From the human T2T-CHM13v2.0 reference genome, Homo sapiens: 64,000 nt of DNA. Position numbers and translations under genes: made by a program. Shown piece after piece: positions 59,259-64,000 of this stretch. Every line of letters starts with the position of its first letter. Positions within the stretch are counted from its first letter, which is position 1. A model generated the notes under the pieces. That model ran no database searches, was not told where the DNA came from, and saw only the letters and a program-made list of their open reading frames with translations. The stretch lies in NCBI RefSeq assembly GCF_009914755.1, contig NC_060936.1. The stretch is one strand, 5' to 3'.

Positions 59259-60589
59259 ATTTTTTAACACAGTACTTTATTTTCGGTATTTAATCATATG
59301 GAATTTTTGTCAATTATGTTAAAGGATTTTACAACAACCCAACTATAGATTTATATATATATGTATTATTGTTGTTCCTTCTAAGCTTAAGAAGTCTCTA
59401 ATAAAATCCATACTTCCTTATATCTTTTTGTGTGTGTACCTTTTTTATTCTGCTCTTTGCCATATGGATTAATACCAAAAGGTAAAAATCCCTTTTCCTT
59501 CCTATCTGTTTTTCTTCCATTATAGTATTTTTCAGAATTTGTTAATATGCCAAAAGATGGCAGTTGTCTGGGAAAGCCATTGATTCATTACTCCAAGTTT
59601 TGTTTGTTCATTTAAGTGCCTCATATGATAATTTATCACAGTGAAAACAGCAGTGTAAATTTTAAAGTTCCATTTTTGCCATTCCCAGTGATTGTTAGCC
59701 ACTGAATACATTCTGGGCATGTTATATTTATTGACTTATATAACCTCCTTGACAGAAAAGACACTGACACCAAGAAGGTCATGAACACCCGATGAAGCAT
59801 ACTTTGACAAGTTGGTTGAATTAATGTTACTGGTTTGAACCTTTCTAGGCTTACCTACACTCTTAGGAACATTCATGGGAACTCCAAAATGGTTCTGTAT
59901 ACTAAAAGCTAGTTAAAGAGAAAGTGGCCTCCCTTGAACCGGACTTTTAAATAATAAGCCATTTCTTTCCAGAAAAGATTTAAGGCAAGGAATAAATATC
60001 TATAAAGGCAATTTTTGAAACTTGACCCTTGTTTGGAATTTTCTAATTGAAAGTATGAGATAAGGTAGAATATGTGTAATTACTGGATTCTGAAGTCATT
60101 GAGTAGGAAATATCCCATATAGTAGTCCTTCCTTGTCTTCACAATTTGCTTTTGAAGGTCTTTAGCAGATGTGCTATAGCCATTGAAAATTAAGTTGGCA
60201 AATGGTAATTTTGCCTGAATGTACATCTGTAAAAATGAACATTTTCAGAATCTGATCATTAAAAAGTAGTCCCATTTAAAAGATCTCCAAATGTGTCTTT
60301 ATGAGAAAATGTTCATGGTATACACATAAAATAGTCATCATACATGTTCCTAGAAATATATTCCTAGAAGATATTGTTTAAAGATAAGAAAACAGGCTCA
60401 GTAGTTTTCTCACTCAGTCACACACACAAAGTGTCAGAACCAGTATCCTAATTAGATAATTAGATCCTAAGAGATACCAACATCTGCTCTTCATCGTTAT
60501 GATAAACTGCCTATGTATATACATTTCATTTTACAGCTAATCTCTAGGAGACGGTACAGAGACCTTGATTTTGGTTTTTTGTTGTTCTT

Positions 60590-64000
<3,411 letters not shown>

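Overview
Human genomic DNA (primate Alu-rich; chr12q22 by recognition), covering most of VEZT (vezatin) on the + strand. The window holds coding exons 2-12 (exon 1 lies upstream), the 3' UTR, and the downstream miRNA hairpins MIR331 and MIR3685. The 11 exons were phased by hand and sum to 2304 nt including the stop. With the 36 nt of coding sequence recalled for exon 1, this gives the 779-aa protein. Intron 6 (18958-23510) is a minor-spliceosome AT-AC (U12-type) intron. Alternative-exon candidates include an L2-derived stop/restart exon (MLKEWAIK start), a 12-nt alternative acceptor, and a cluster of alternative C-termini after exon 11. Introns carry an antisense CBX3 processed pseudogene, Y3 RNA and U6 snRNA pseudogenes, about 45 Alus, and L1/L2/MIR/DNA-transposon relics. 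Most ORF-track entries are Alu or random ORFs. The oddest structure is a three-layer nest in intron 8: a MADE1 element split by an AluY, which itself contains a ~90-bp inverted copy of unique sequence from ~530 bp upstream. I see no evidence for a wholly new multi-gene system. Repeat boundaries are approximate and subfamily calls are by eye.
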